From the NCBI RefSeq assembly GCF_009914755.1, contig NC_060926.1: a DNA stretch of 64,000 bases. The stretch is one strand, 5' to 3'. Under the pieces are notes generated by a model. That model was not told where the DNA came from and ran no database searches. It saw nothing but the letters and a program-made list of their open reading frames with translations. The position numbers and the translations under genes are program-made. The stretch comes from the human T2T-CHM13v2.0 reference genome, Homo sapiens. Shown piece after piece: positions 14,285 to 28,559 of this stretch. Position 1 is the first letter of the stretch. Every line of letters begins with the position of its first letter.

Positions 14285-15510
14285 GATGAGGGAGAGAGAG
14301 AGAGAAAGGAAGATTGACTAAAAGACACATACTCAGGAACCTGAGAGACAGTATCAAAATGCCTAACACATTTATGATTGGAGTCCCAGAAGAACAGTGA
14401 AAAAAGAATGGGGAAGACGAGAATATTTGGAGAAATTATGACCAAAAGTTTTCTAAATTGTAAAAGTTATACATTCATAGATTGAAGAGGCTTAGCAAAA
14501 CTCAAGTGGGATAAATATGAAGAAAATCATGCCTACCACATGATAAAACTGCTAAAAACAAAGAAAAAATCTTCAAAGCAGTCTGAGAAAAACTATATAC
14601 TGTCTCATTATATAGGAGTTATCATTAACTCCTTATTTGAAACAAAGGAGGCCAAAAGGCAGTGGAATGACATATTTAAAGTGCTGAAAGGAAAAAAGAG
14701 CATAGCCAGAGACAATATCCTTCAAGAATAATGAGGAAATAAAGACTAAATACAGATTTTTCAAAAAGAAACTAGTAAGAAGCTTTATCATCACAAGACC
14801 TGTACTAAAAGAAATAGAACATTATTTAGGCTGGAGGGAAATGACACTAGATGGAAACTTAAGCGATAAAAAGCATTGAAAATGGTAAAGAGCTGGGTAT
14901 TTATTAAAATCTCTTTTTTCCCCAACTTTTAAAAAGCATGCAGTTTAGATTTATAATATATGGAGATGCAGTAAATAAGGCAACGATAGCATAAAGGACA
15001 AATGAGGTAAATGAACCTCTATAAATGTGAGCTTTCTACATTTTACACAAAATAGTAAGTAATATCTCTAAGTGGACCATAAAAAGTTAAGCATAGATAT
15101 TGTCATTCTTGGAGCAATTAATAAAATGTATGATGCTAAGAGGTATAGCTAAACAGCCTATTGATAGATTGAAATGGAATTCTAAAATACATTCAGTTGA
15201 TCCCAAAAAAGGCATAAAAGAAGAATAAACAAATCAACAGAGGGGACAAACAGAAAAGAATACCAAAATGGTAGAAATAAATCTAACCACATCAATAACA
15301 TCAATTTAAAAGTGAAAGGAGTCTTTTCAATAAACGGCACTGGAATAACTGGATATCCATATGGGGGAGAAGAGTCTTTGACCCATAGCTCACACTGTAC
15401 ACAACAATTAATTTGCAATGAACAGAGACTTAAATATAAATCTGAAACCATAACTCTTTTAGAAGAGAACTTAGGCGAATAGCTTTATGACTTGGAGACA
15501 AGCAACATCA

Positions 15511-16220
15511 TTTTTTTTTAACTTTTATTTTAAGCTCAGGGGTACATGTGCAGGTACATAGGTAAACTTGTGTCATGGGGTTTTGTTGTACAGATTATTT
15601 CATCACCCAGGTCTTCACCCTGATACCCATTAGTTATTTTTCCTGATCCTCTACCTCTTCCACCCTCCACCCTCTGATAGGCCCTAAAGTGTGTTGTTCC
15701 CCTCTGTGTGCCCATGTGTTCTCATCATTTAGCTCCCACTTCTAAGTAAGAACATGCAGTATTTAGTTTTCTGTTCCTACATTAATTTACTAAGGATAAT
15801 GGCTTCCAGCTCCATCCGTGTCCCTGCAAAGGACATTACCCCATTCTTTTTTATGGCTGCATAGTATTCCATGGTGTATATGTACCACATTTTCTTTATC
15901 CAGTCTATCATTGATGGGCATTTGGGTTGATTCCATGTCTTTGCTATTGTGAATAGTGCTGCAGTGAACATACACGCACATGTGTCTTTATAATGGAATG
16001 ATTTATATTCCTTTGGGTATATACCAAGCAATGGGATTGCAGGGTTGAATGGTATTCTGTTTTTAGGTCTTTGAGAAATCACCACACTGTCTTCCACAAT
16101 GGTTGAACTAATTTACACTCCCACTAACAGTGTATAAGCATTCCTTATTCTCCACAACCTCAACAACATCTGTTATTTTTTGACTTTTTAATAATAGCCA
16201 TTCTGACTGGTGTGAGATGG
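15511..16220 (-). mobile_element. Older L1PA/L1PB 3' end (ORF2 C-terminus plus 3'UTR)
   Basis: ORF 15777..16097 gives PAIPLLGIYPKEYKS...[31 protein letters not shown]; poly(T) at left; gcaacat repeated at both flanks. Confidence 0.93.
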
Positions 16221-16309
16221 CAACATTTTTTTAGGACACAGAAGCAGTAACTGATTTGGGGAAAACGATAAATTAGACTTGGCCAAAAAGAAGGGCACTG
16301 TTTATTAGG

Positions 16310-16655
16310 TTGTAATCAGGTTATAGGAGAACCAATAGAGATGGTGCCAGAACAGAGCTGGTAACAGCAGAGGGCAAGGAGAGGTTACCACAACCTAGAA
16401 GGAGAGACTTTTGCAGCACACATGGTTGTGATCTTCAGAATGTGATCTGGTCAAGGTTGCGTCAGCCAGCCTGAGGCAATCCAGTAGGAAGAGAGCCAGG
16501 GAAATAAACAGTCTAACAGCATTCTCCTCCATCTCTCCCATTTCTCACCAGGTTTCTCTCTTGGCAGAATCCAACCAGAAGCCAAAGGAAAGGAAGCCGG
16601 TTGATATGATTGCAGGAGACACTGTAGGGACCCCACACACATCACCTTGACATTT
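16310..16655 (-). mobile_element. LTR33-like LTR copy 2 followed by a short LTR16-like start
   Basis: Aligns by eye to 11290-11620. Confidence 0.55.
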
Positions 16656-17208
16656 AGAGTCTCATGTTATATTTGCCAAAATCACCTTTTAGCATTTTTA
16701 TTACATGATTACATAGGAACTGCCAACAGGTTCATTCCAGTAGTTCCTATAGACACATGTTCAGATCCCTGTTGACTCAGCTTCCTAGATCCTTCAGTCT
16801 TCTCATGCTTCTCATTGTAAGTATAGGGATTCCAGAAAGCATACTGTCTTGGACAGGATATATACACGGTGCCTAGTAGACTCCCTTCTAAGAAAGCTCT
16901 TGAGTGACTTCCACACTTGTTGCCTGCTGCTGAAGACTTCCTTATCCCTCATTACCATGCGTTTTTATCATTGATCTCCTTATCCTAGGAATATCCAGAG
17001 TGGAATTAAGCAGGCAGATATCTATGTTTGCCAACAAGGTTTTAGAGGGATTGTCAAGCACACGTGTTGCCCTGGAATTTTAACTGACTGACTAAACTAA
17101 AATTTGGATGTGAGAGAGTGTAAGACAGCCAGGTAACTAGTAGCATTTAGAGAAGACAGCAGTTAAATTGCCAACGTATTAGAGCACTGGAGTAAGATTA
17201 GACGCTAA

Positions 17209-17551
<343 letters not shown>

Positions 17552-18462
17552 CTCAACTGTTTCTTGAATCAATTTTCAATTTTTCATGAGACTTGCTGAG
17601 ACTTTCTGATATATCCTGATAAACCTGAGGAGACCAGAAACTATCTCAGTTCCTTGTAACCTTAAAAAGCCCAGTTTTTTCTTTCAGTTAAGTGACAAGG
17701 CATTTTTAAAAAGGGAAACTTACTGCATCACACAATTGAACGGTCTTGAAGTATTCCACCAAAGTTTGACCTGGCAATTCAATGATATCACCAAGGACTT
17801 TTCTCACTGTCTATCCTTTCTGCCATCTGCAGTGTTGGCTTCATTTCCAAGTTCCAAATAGATGCTCTCCTCTTGTGGCAGCAGTTTCAGCCCTTACAAT
17901 TTTACAATCCACTGTTTGGAGGGGTAGAGAATAAATTTCTGATAGTTTCTGAACTAGTCTTGAGATGCACTCTCATCAAACCAATTTAGGTCACATTCCC
18001 CATCCATGAATCAATCTCAGAGGCTAGGAACATTGAAGGAGCTAATTTGTCAATATTCCACACCTGAAGCTAAATGTGGGCTCAGCTTTTATAAAAGTAT
18101 ATGGGTACCCAAAGATGTTGGTGGCTGTAGAGAACGAGATAGAGAATGGATGCTTAGAAACAACACATATGTCCATATGTATTCAGTTCTTAGCCTAAAT
18201 AGCTACCCAAAAACAGACCTCTGCAAGCATTGTTTTATTGAGCCCTGGCATTCCACTATTAGAAAGTAAGCCTTGGCCCTCCACTAACATGTTAAGATGA
18301 TACTTTCAGACATAATCATCATTCCTGGGCAGATTTGAGGAAGGGTGAAAGCATGAGAGCTTGGCTACCTAAGAAGAAGAAACCACCAGAAAAGGAAGTG
18401 AAGAAAAAGAGAATTGGGAGGTTAATGGCAAATGTATCTCATTAAAAAATTTGCCAAGTGTG

Positions 18463-18832
<370 letters not shown>

Positions 18833-19399
18833 CTATCCCTGGCCTAAGAATGGCTTCAGGACTTCTCAGACGACTCCAGTTACCTGAGACATTTTCGTTT
18901 AAATTCTGGTGGGCCACTCCAAGGAAGGAACATAAATCTAATCCAGGAATTCTCTCTTTAATAAATTGAAATTAAAAAGATCTGTAATCAGCCATCCTCT
19001 TTCAACTTCCTACTAAATCACACAGATATACACATATTGTTAAAGGTATTCTATTCTTGCTAGGGCCAAAATTTATACAGAAAAGATGCTTCATGAAATA
19101 ACCCTGAATTTTCCCTAATGTATGAATTTAGAGTTAGGAGCATTCTAAGGTGTCAATTAGGCACGTTCATCCATAGTTCATACCTACCCTGCCTCCCATT
19201 CCTCCTCCCCACAACCCTACTGAACGCCCAGGAGCTATCTGGATCAAAGCAAGCTTATAGAACTCAAATTGGATAAGACAGTAAACCATCGGAGCAGAAA
19301 AGCAAGGGTGTTGACTTATTCCTCTACTATAAAAATAAGAAAGTTAATGAGACACTTCAAAATTAGAATAAGTAAAGAATGTATTTTTAAGAATTAAGT

Positions 19400-19740
19400 G
19401 GCCGGGCGCGGTGGCTCACGCCTGTAATCTGAGCACTTTGTGAGGCCGAGGCGGGTGGATCACGAGGTCAGGAGATGGAGACCATCCTGCCTAACACGGT
19501 GAAACCCCGTCTCTACTAAAAATACAAAAAAAAAAAAAAAAAAGAAAGAAAAAAAAAAGAAAATTAGCCGGGCGTGGTGGCGGGCACCTATAGTCCCAGC
19601 TACTAGGGGGGCTGAGGCAGGAGAATGGCGTGGACCTGGGAGGCGGAGCTTGCGGTGAGCCGAGATCGTTCCACTACACTCCAGCCTGGGCGACAGAGCG
19701 AGACTCCGTCTCAAAAGAACAAAAACAAAAACAAAAAAGA
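19400..19740 (+). mobile_element. AluY with expanded middle A-tract
   Basis: CpG-rich, with AluY-type ggatcacgaggtcaggagat, ctaacacggtgaaacccc and gaatggcgtg; aagaatta at both flanks. Confidence 0.95.
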
Positions 19741-19854
19741 ATTAGGCAAGCAATTCGTTTGGGCTGTTGGCATATTAATCTTTAAAAATTTTAAAGTAAA
19801 GCCTCTACCTATTCACAGCAAGAAGAGACTTTCTTATAATTTTTAAAATATATG

Positions 19855-21185
19855 TTTCAACAAATTAAATGTCCATATACAAAAAAACACTTCATAACTG
19901 CTACCATATATAAAATATAACTCAAAATGGATTGTAGACCTAAATATAAAATCTAAAATTATAAAATATCTGGAAACAAACATAGAAGAAAGTATTTGTG
20001 ACCTTTGGTTGGCAAGGATTTCTTGGATAAGATACCAAAAGCACAATCCATAAAAGAACAAATTTGACTCCATTAAAATTTAAAACTTCTGCTTTTCAAA
20101 AGACACAGTTAAAAGAATGAACACACAAGCCACAGACTGGGAGAAAATATTCATAAATCATATATCTGATAGAAAACCTGTATTCTGAATATATAAAGAA
20201 CTCTCAAAACTCAGTAATAAGAAAATAACACATTTTTTAAATGGGCAAAAGAAATGAACAGACATTTCACCAGAGAAGATATTTATACAGAAAAGATGGT
20301 TCATGAATAACCCTGAAGATTCTCTAATGTACCAATTCAGAGTTAGATACGGATGACATTTAAGCATATAGAAATATCCTCAGCATAATTAGTAATTAGT
20401 CACTAGGAAAATGCTAATTAAAGCTCCTATGAGTTACCACTTTACACCTATTTAGAATGATTAAAATGACTGACCATATCAAGTGTCGGTGAGGATGTAG
20501 AGGAACAAAACGCTCATAGAATGCCGTGTGAATGTAAAATAGTTGAACTGTGGAAAAAGTTTCTTATAAAGTTAAACATATACCTACCATATAATCCAAT
20601 CATTCCATTCTTAATTTACCCAAGCACAGGGAAAGCATATGTTCCCACAAAGACTTTTCTGCAGATACAGCAGCTTTGTTTATAATAGCTAAAAACTGGA
20701 AACAACACATGTCTCCATCCACAGGTGAATGAATAAATAAAGTGTGGTATGCCATTACAATAGCATACTACTTAGCAATAAAAAGGAATGAACTATTGAT
20801 ACCTAAAGCAATGTGGATAATTCTTAAAATAATTATGCAGAGTAAAAGAAGCCAGTCCCCTCCCCAAAAAGAACATATAAAATGAGTCCATTTATATAAA
20901 ATTTTATAAAATTGAAATTAATCTACCCTGACGGAAACTAGATCAGTGGTTACCTGGCAGAATGTTGGGTGAGGGAAGGTCTCCGGATCGGGAGGGAAGT
21001 AAATGAGGATGGGATTACAAAGGGACACAAAGAGAAAACTTTTAGGGGTTATAACTATGTTCCCTATCTTGACTGTGATGAAAGTTTAAAAGGCATATAT
21101 ATATGTCAACACTTATGCAATTGTACACTTTAAATATGTGCAATTTATTGTTAGTCAATTATACTTCTATAAAATATTAAATAAA
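19855..21185 (+). mobile_element. L1MB/MC 3' region (ORF2 end plus 3'UTR)
   Basis: ctcaaaatggattgtagacctaaat, gacatttcaccagagaagat, aactggaaacaac, tgtacactttaaatatgtgcaatttattg. Confidence 0.88.
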
Positions 21186-21387
21186 TGAAATTTAAGTATA
21201 TATTTTTTGAAAATATCCAGCCATGTTGTAATTTGACAATATTTCCTGAATGTTCCCAAGCACTGAAGCTATTCTTTAAGAAGATATGAAATGTAACTCC
21301 TAACCTTCAAAGGCTTTCAGAGTTCGGAGGGCTCAAATTTTGGACTTGTGGGACTGGAGCTGTGTGTGTGTAGATTTAGGATATAGA

Positions 21388-21800
21388 AGTTTAGAGCTCA
21401 GGACAGATTTTTGATCTGAAAATATAGACATTAGAGTTACAGGGATACAGAGTTAATGAAATAACTTGCATGAAAGATATGCCTAGAAATAGATTCTAGA
21501 TTGAGAAGTGGAAAGAACTGAGGACAGACACTAGAAACACCAACATTCAAGAGGCAGGAGAGGGAAGATAAGCCAGTCTGAGACTGAAAAGAAATAAGCG
21601 GAAAGTTTGGATGGGAACTCAGAGCAGCAGCACAAGGAGTAGAGCATTCTCAAAAGGAGGACAGTGTCAAATGACTCAGGAGGGATGCCAAAGATAAGGA
21701 GTGAACAGTGTCAATCGAATTTAGCAATTATGTCTCCAGTGGCCTTGGTGAGAGCACTTTTTGTGTCACTGCATTGAGGAAGCCAAACACTGGTACACTA
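21388..21800 (-). mobile_element. L2 fragment
   Basis: Purine-rich antisense L2 motifs: gaggacagacactagaaacaccaacattcaagagg, cagtgtcaaatg, atttagcaat. Confidence 0.65.
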
Positions 21801-22885
21801 ATATTCTTGCTTTGCATGTTGGTTATTGTAAAGGAAGCAGAAAAGAAACAGTTGGATATTTGAATTATTCCTTCTCAGACAGGACATTACAGCACACCAG
21901 AGCATTGAAAAGATGATGTTCATGTGTCTAGACTTCTGTCTCTCAATTCTCTGCTCTCTTTTCCCCCATGTGAACACAATCATAGTCTCCTAATTTTGAT
22001 CAAAATGCATGGCAGTCATCGCTCCATTATCCTCTTTCTCCTTCACTCAAGTCCCTGAGCCCCTTATTCCTTTCCAGTTCCACCTCTCCCCTTCAAGTTG
22101 CCAGAAAGAGTGGTCCCTGTCCACCACTTCCACTTCTTTACACTCTTTCCTCTCCTGTCATCTTCATGCACCCAGGAATCTGGTCCTGATAGGAGGGGGA
22201 AGTTTAGAGTGCTAGAACAGGAAGGGCCTAGAGTATGATCACCAGGCTTCTTAGCCAGATGCTATTAATTTCCCCAATGAGAATGACACTAAAATATCTC
22301 TGAAATATTTGCTCCTTTATGTCCATGGCTGCAGATGCAGTTCATTCGCTCTTTGATATAATGACCTACCTGGTCCCCTCCCCTGAGATGGCCCTTACAG
22401 CCATCTTACACCTGCTCACAGCTGCAGGCATTTGGCTGCTTTCTGTAGGCCATGGCTGTTCTGCCTGTGGCTTATTGGGAAAAGAGAATGCTGGTGGAAG
22501 CGTTTTGGATTTGGATTTGAGTAGCTCTCTCTTTCAGTGAACTAGGCTTTGAGGAGTGTTGCTAGTGTGGTTTTCATCTTATGTTCTGGTCCTAGCAACT
22601 AGGCTTCTTTCTTTCTCCCTGCCTTGTACTAGAATTCTTGAAACATAATCCCCTTCTCTGCTTCCTATTCCTCAGTGCCTGATTTGTTACCTGGCTACAT
22701 CAGACAGGAATTCCAATTGGCTGCTTGTAACCAAAGTAGGAAATAACAGTGGTTTAAATAAAAGTTTTTCTGTCACATAAAAAGCATCCAAAGTAGATAG
22801 TCCCAGACTGTTCAATGGCTCCTCAGTAGTCAGAGACCAAGATGGGTTCTAACTGGAACACCAGCCTTAGCACTGGTTTCTATTT

Positions 22886-22976
22886 TCTCCCTCCCTTCCT
22901 TCCTTCCTTCCTTCCTTCCTCCCTTCCTCCCATTCTTTCCTTTCTTTCTCTCCCTCCCTCTTTCTTTCTTTCTCTC
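22886..22976. repeat. (TTCC)n/TC-rich polypyrimidine tract (Alu tail-derived)
   Basis: Direct reading. Confidence 0.9.
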
Positions 22977-23214
22977 TTGTCAGGGTCTCGCTCTGTCACC
23001 CAGGCTGGAGTGTAGTGCTGCAATCACAGCTCATTATAGCCTCGAAGTCCTGCAAGCAATCCTCTTGCCTCAGCCTCCTGAGTGGCTAGGACCAGAGGTG
23101 CACACCACCATACCCAACTAATTAATTTAACTTTTTGTAACCTGGCCTCAAGTGATCCTCCTGCCTCAGTCTCCCAAAGCACTGGGATTACAGGTGTAAG
23201 CCACCACTCCTGGC
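22977..23214 (-). mobile_element. AluJ-like element with internal deletion
   Basis: Antisense Alu lacking part of the left arm near 23140. Confidence 0.88.
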
Positions 23215-24260
23215 CTTTGTTTTCATTTTCAAGCTTGCCTCCTGGCCCAAATTGTCTGTTGAAGCTCCAGCCATCAGGGTTGTCTTCCAAGGAAAAAACT
23301 GGAGAAAGGGGGAAAGCAGGCAAAAGGCATAAAGCAGTCATTTGTCCTCTTTTTACAGAACGTTCCAGAGATTTCCATCTAGAAACTTACACTTGTATTT
23401 CATTGGCTAAAAATTAGTCATATGGCCAAACTTTGCTGTGCTAACAGAATGAAACCAGGGTTCTAAGTAAAAAGGAAACAGTAGATTTTGGGTGGGGAAC
23501 TAGCAGCCTCTAACAGAATTATTCAGCTTAGAAACTTGCCATTTTCATTATATCCTCCTTCCTTCCCTGAACCAGTGTCCTGTCTTATCTCTCTGACTTG
23601 ATATCTCCTGATAGATTTCTCTACATCTGCCTGCCTGCTGACCACTCACCTGGGCCTCCAAACACAGTCTGCTTCAAATGTTTCTATTGCTATGTTTATC
23701 GACATAATTGTTCAATTGCTTGATTTCTCCTTATTGACCTTCCAGGCTGTTGACACCAGGCTCAGATTACTTTGTCTATTAATTCCTGGTAAACAGTACT
23801 TTCTAGTACTGCCAAAGATGCTTACAGTTCCCCTGGGGAGGGGGAGATAAGCATATTACACAAGAGGTAAGTGTGGAAAAGGGGCCAGGACAATTAGTCA
23901 TTAGTTCATCTGGTTGAAACACATCTACTCCTGGGCAAGAGCTCCTTACCCTGCTTGAACTGCAGCATCTTCCTCTCTTCTCCTCCCTTGTCTATTCAGT
24001 CATGATTTCTAGAATACGCCCTGTACTTAAGATTTTCATTCTCAACTTGATAACTGGATTGCAACCTTCATACATTTCTCCTCTTGGTAGACTTCTTGCC
24101 TCAGAATCATTTTCTGACTGTAAGTCTTCAGTCTTCAAAGTCCTCTTGAAATTATGTTTTCTTGACTTTCTCCTTCACTTGGTCTATCAGACACCTATTT
24201 TCATTAGTAGCATTTCCAGGCTTTACCCTGAGACTGACGATAAACAAGTTTGTTTACTTC

Positions 24261-24459
24261 TAGTGGTTCGTTAGAGCAGGCTTGTATTGGCTTGGGAGAG
24301 CTGTTTGTTAAAAACAAAATAATTATAAAAATATAACTTGTTAAAGTGTTGGTAGCTTGAAATTAGCCATGGTGGGAGTATGTACCACATGGAAATTGGC
24401 AAACACTATTAATCAGGGCTTTCTTTTTTCCCGAAAGGGTGTCTACCAGCACGCCATTG
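24261..24459. mobile_element. MER63-like hAT element
   Basis: gttggtagcttgaaattagccatggtgggagta...ggaaattggcaaacact...aatcagggct...taccagcacgccattg. Confidence 0.7.
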
Positions 24460-24488
24460 CTTGTTTCACCCCGTCATTACCCCCTGAA

Positions 24489-24519
24489 TGCGCGCGCACG
24501 CACACACACACACACACAC
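24489..24519. repeat. (CG)n(CA)n alternating purine-pyrimidine tract
   Basis: tgcgcgcgcacgcacacacaca... Confidence 0.9.
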
Positions 24520-25244
24520 CCACACGACACTTCTCATCCCAGATCCTTATCTCTTCAGCCTACCTTAGCCTCCAGCTTACAGATAACCCTTCCACACTCA
24601 GCTATAGCCAGTGATTCAACATTTCATAATGGAATATATATTTTGAAAATACATCCTGGACCCTAAAGACTTTTCCAAGACTGCTGACCACGCTATTTGA
24701 GAACTGCTAATGTAGTCCATCTGTCTGCCTTCAGAACACATGTAATCATATGGAGGAATCATTTGCTGGGGAAAAACCTACATCCTGGTATTTCAGTAGA
24801 AGGAATTTATTGATCAACATCAGAGATGACTCATCACAGAATATTAACTTCTGTGAAGTTAATATTGGGTGAAAGATGACCAATTAATGATTACAGGTAT
24901 TTCAGAAAGCCTGGTGCAAGCTGTGCAATAATCAAGCTGCATGAGCCAACCAAAACGTCAAGATGCTTTGCCTTTGACAGGAATTGTATCAATTCACATC
25001 ATGCCATTACCTCTTATTGATCAGGACCTCCGTTCCACGTGTCTTCGATTAATAACAATGAAAAATGAATTAATTATTACTTATAATTACAGTATTTTAG
25101 TAAACAAAATCATTCAACTCATGGAAGAAAAATAATAAAAAAGATTATGAAAGCCTGGGAACCACTAGACTATGCCAATTTTTGATTACATTAAGAAGCT
25201 AATATTTCTTTGTTTAAAAACATGTAGCGGTTGCTAATATTATA

Positions 25245-25475
25245 GACTAGAGCACATGCTGTGGAGGCAGACTAATTGGGTCGTATTAGAACTTTGCCAC
25301 TTAGCCCTGTGATTTGGGGCAAATTGCTTAATCTCTCTGTGCCTTAGTTTTCTCGTCTGTAAAGTGGAAATAAAAGCATCTATCTCACACGATGACTGTG
25401 AAATTAAAATGAAAAAACACATTAAATGCTCAGAACGGTGGTTAGCATGTAGTAAATAATTAATGAACATTTGCT
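25245..25475 (+). mobile_element. MIR (followed by an opposite-strand MIR at ~25510-25650)
   Basis: MIR core gcaaattgcttaatctctctgtgccttagttttctcgtctgtaaagtgg. Confidence 0.8.
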
Positions 25476-26618
25476 CTCATCTTCATCCTTGATATTATTT
25501 TTGAAGCAGTTTTATTGTACCAGGAACTGTGCTATAGGCTGTACATGCAATCTCCTCTAACCTTATCATTAAGCCCATTTTATGAGTAAGGAAACTGACC
25601 CTCAATAGAAATGATGTAACTTTTCCACGGTCTTGGGCTAGTAAGTGTGAAAGAGGTTGGCTCAATATCTTTTAGGAGATTTCATTTAAATGGTAGAAAG
25701 ATGTAAAACCACAGCTTGCATTGGAATTCAAGCCATCCTGATATTTAATATTCTACTGGGAAATTCTTACCTCATAGTCAACTGAACCCGTGCATGTGGT
25801 AGCATAAACTATTCTCGTTCTGTCTTCAGCGGAGACAGAAGAGCTCACTCATAAACATCCCTGTGTTTTCGCTTGAACTGTTATTAAGTTGCCCTCCTGA
25901 CTTGTCTTCTGCAGGTTTTACAAACACACAGCTCCCATAGGCCTTCCCCATGAATCCTATTTGTTAGCCACAGAATAATCTCCACAAAAGTATTTTCACT
26001 TTCTCTAACAGTAATTTTTAACTTAGACTTTAAATCTAAAGTTCATTACTAGCGTAAGTAGAGCACAATATCCTTTGGCTGAACTGGCTTCATTTATGAA
26101 GAAGCTGAATATAAAGATCCTTTCTGTCTTGGACTTTCTTATTCCACCTTCTTATTTAAAAGCTGCTGCCTACAATGCACCACAATGTATATAATAAGTA
26201 TTTTAATAAGTATTTTTTTAAGTTTCAAGTTGCATGTCATTTTGTGTCACAGGGGTGAGTCTAGACTCACATTTAGTTGTGCAATCAGGAAGACAAATGA
26301 CAGTGGGAATATTTTTAAAAAACACCTATTATATCACTATCCATTCATTCACTTTTTCTGGGCCAGTCACTGTGCTAGACACCAGGACCAAAGAACACAG
26401 TCCCTGCTCAGGGAGCGCGTAAGTCCCACAAAGGAGGCCAATATACAGTTACCTAGTTATTGTGATAGAGCAATGCACAGGAATCAATAGGAACATGCGG
26501 AAAGGAGCAGCGAAGAGACCCTGGAATGTAGAGGTAATATAGTCTGATCAAGAATGCTAGGGAGCCAGTCAGAAGCCCTGGCTCTAATCCCACTTTTACA
26601 ATTAATTATTATGCCATC

Positions 26619-27023
26619 TGTTAATGGCTGAATTGTGCCATCCCAAAAAAGATCTGTTGGAGTTCTAACCCCTAGTACTTCAGAATGACCTTATTTGGAG
26701 ATAGGGTCTTTAAAATGAGGTCCTTGGGGTGGGCCCTAATTCAATATAACTGATGTCCTATGAAAAGGGGGAAATTTGGACATAGAGACAGACATATGTA
26801 GAGGGAAGATGATGTGAACAGACACAGGGAGAACATGGGCATCTGTAAGCTATGAGAGACCTTTCCTTCACAGTTCTCAGAACAAACCAACCCTGCCCGT
26901 ATTTTCAGCCTCCAGAACTGTGAGACAACTTTCAGCCTCCAGAACTGTAAGACAATATATTCCTATTGTTTAAGCCACTCAGTTTGTGGGTTTTTATTAC
27001 AACATCCCTAGCAAACTAATATG
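26619..27023 (+). mobile_element. MLT1A/B MaLR solo LTR
   Basis: Typical body (ccttatttggagatagggtcttt; cagcctccagaactgtgaga; gcaaactaat); 5-bp TSD ccatc at 26614-26618 and 27024-27028. Confidence 0.88.
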
Positions 27024-27479
27024 CCATCTCAGTGTCACAAGCATATCCCAAGCTTCAGATACCACACTAGGCAAGGCCAGTCCCACATTTGGGAAAATTT
27101 GGGCAAAAGCACTCAGAGCACGACTAACCAGAAACATGCCTGCATCTGCCTGCAGCTTGTTCTTATGCTGTGACCCAGATGAATTCAAAGGTTTCTCTTT
27201 AAATACTGAATTTGAGTCTATGACAAGACCCATTAAACCTCCCCAGTGTGACATCCAGAAACAACACCAGTAGTCCTTTGCTTATAAGGTAAATAATATA
27301 TACTATTGTAGATAATTTTAGAGTACAAGCTAAATTCAATAAAAATAAACTTTGTGTTAAATAACAGATCAACATGACATTACTTAAAACAAATGGTTAA
27401 TAAACATGCAAGATTTTCTATCTCACTGGTAATCAGATTTGAGAAAAAAACTGCTCTTGGCAAACGGAAGATGCTAATA

Positions 27480-27960
27480 CAGTTCACCATTGAACACTGT
27501 GAGGGTTAGAAGTGTTGACCCCCATGCAGTCAAAAATCTGAGTATAACTTTTGACTCCGAAAAACTTAACTATTAATAGCCTACTATTAACTGTAGGGCT
27601 TACTAATAACGTAAACAGTAGATTAGTTGGTTATATGTATTATATACTGTATTTTTACAATAAAGGCAGAGAAAAAATGTTATTAAAAATTATTATAAGA
27701 GAAAAAATATTTTTTATTCACTAAGTGGAAGTGGATCACCATAAAGGTCTTCATCCTTACTGTCTTCATATTGAGTTGATTGAGGAGGAGGAGGAAGAGG
27801 AGGGCTGGTCTTGCTGTCAGGGGTGACAGAGGCAGAATAGGTGGAGGAAGTGAAAGAAGAGGCAGAAGAGGCAGGCACATTAGATGTAAATGTTATTGAA
27901 AAAAATCCACATGTAAGTGGACCCGCACAGTTCAAATCCATGTTGCTCAAGGATCATCTG
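27480..27960. mobile_element. Tigger2a/MER28-like DNA transposon
   Basis: Imperfect TIRs cagttcaccattgaaca...tgctcaaggatcatctg flanked by TA on both sides; internal gaggaggaggaagaggag. Confidence 0.85.
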
Positions 27961-28559
27961 TACACATCAGAGAACAAATGCATGCATCCTGAATGAGTGA
28001 TAGCCTGTTCACTTAGAATACACAACTGGTTCCATTTGTCTTTCTGTTGGCACAATCTGAACCTAAAATTATCTTCCTAGAATACACAGTGACATGAAAC
28101 CTGTAAAACAAACAAACAAAGAAAAAACCCCTCTATTAGGTACATGTTCATTTCAGGCAACTCTTCTGAGGACAGAAGGTTTGAACATAAAAAATGCCTG
28201 AAACAATGAAAAGATAACCTAATATTTAGCTCCTGTATAGACTGAAAAAGTTCAGCCAAAGTGCATTGTTTGGGTTTCTTCTTTCCAACATGTTTTACCC
28301 TCAGGCCAGCAAGGTTATACTTTCTCTTCTCACCCCAAGTCTTCATCTTTTCTGGAAAATTTCCAAGCTGAGCCCTGGTCTCAGGTCATAACAACTTGAT
28401 CTGCTGCACCAGAACACCAAGGGAGTGAGTCATCCCTTTGGATTTGCCTCGGCAGGTCTTCAACAAGTCTTTGTTTCTCTGCCTATCCATCCCTCAACTG
28501 CTTGACATTGGCCAGTGTCCATGATGGGTTTTTCTTCTAGTTTCTGTTGCCTTCCATCT

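Larger units (their letters stand above)
22705..23515. mobile_element. MLT1 (J/K-like) LTR split by a TC-rich tract and an Alu
   Basis: aacagtggtttaaataa...gctccagccatca...catttcattggctaaaaattagtcatatggcc-type motifs. Confidence 0.55.

Noticed and set aside
15777-16097. ORF resembling a retroelement protein
   Set aside because: It is a dead L1 ORF2 C-terminal fragment, not a host gene.
26903-26956. Direct repeats of 21-31 bp that superficially suggest CRISPR-like repeats
   Set aside because: Only two adjacent copies each, no spacers and no cas genes; these are simple tandem duplications in eukaryotic DNA.
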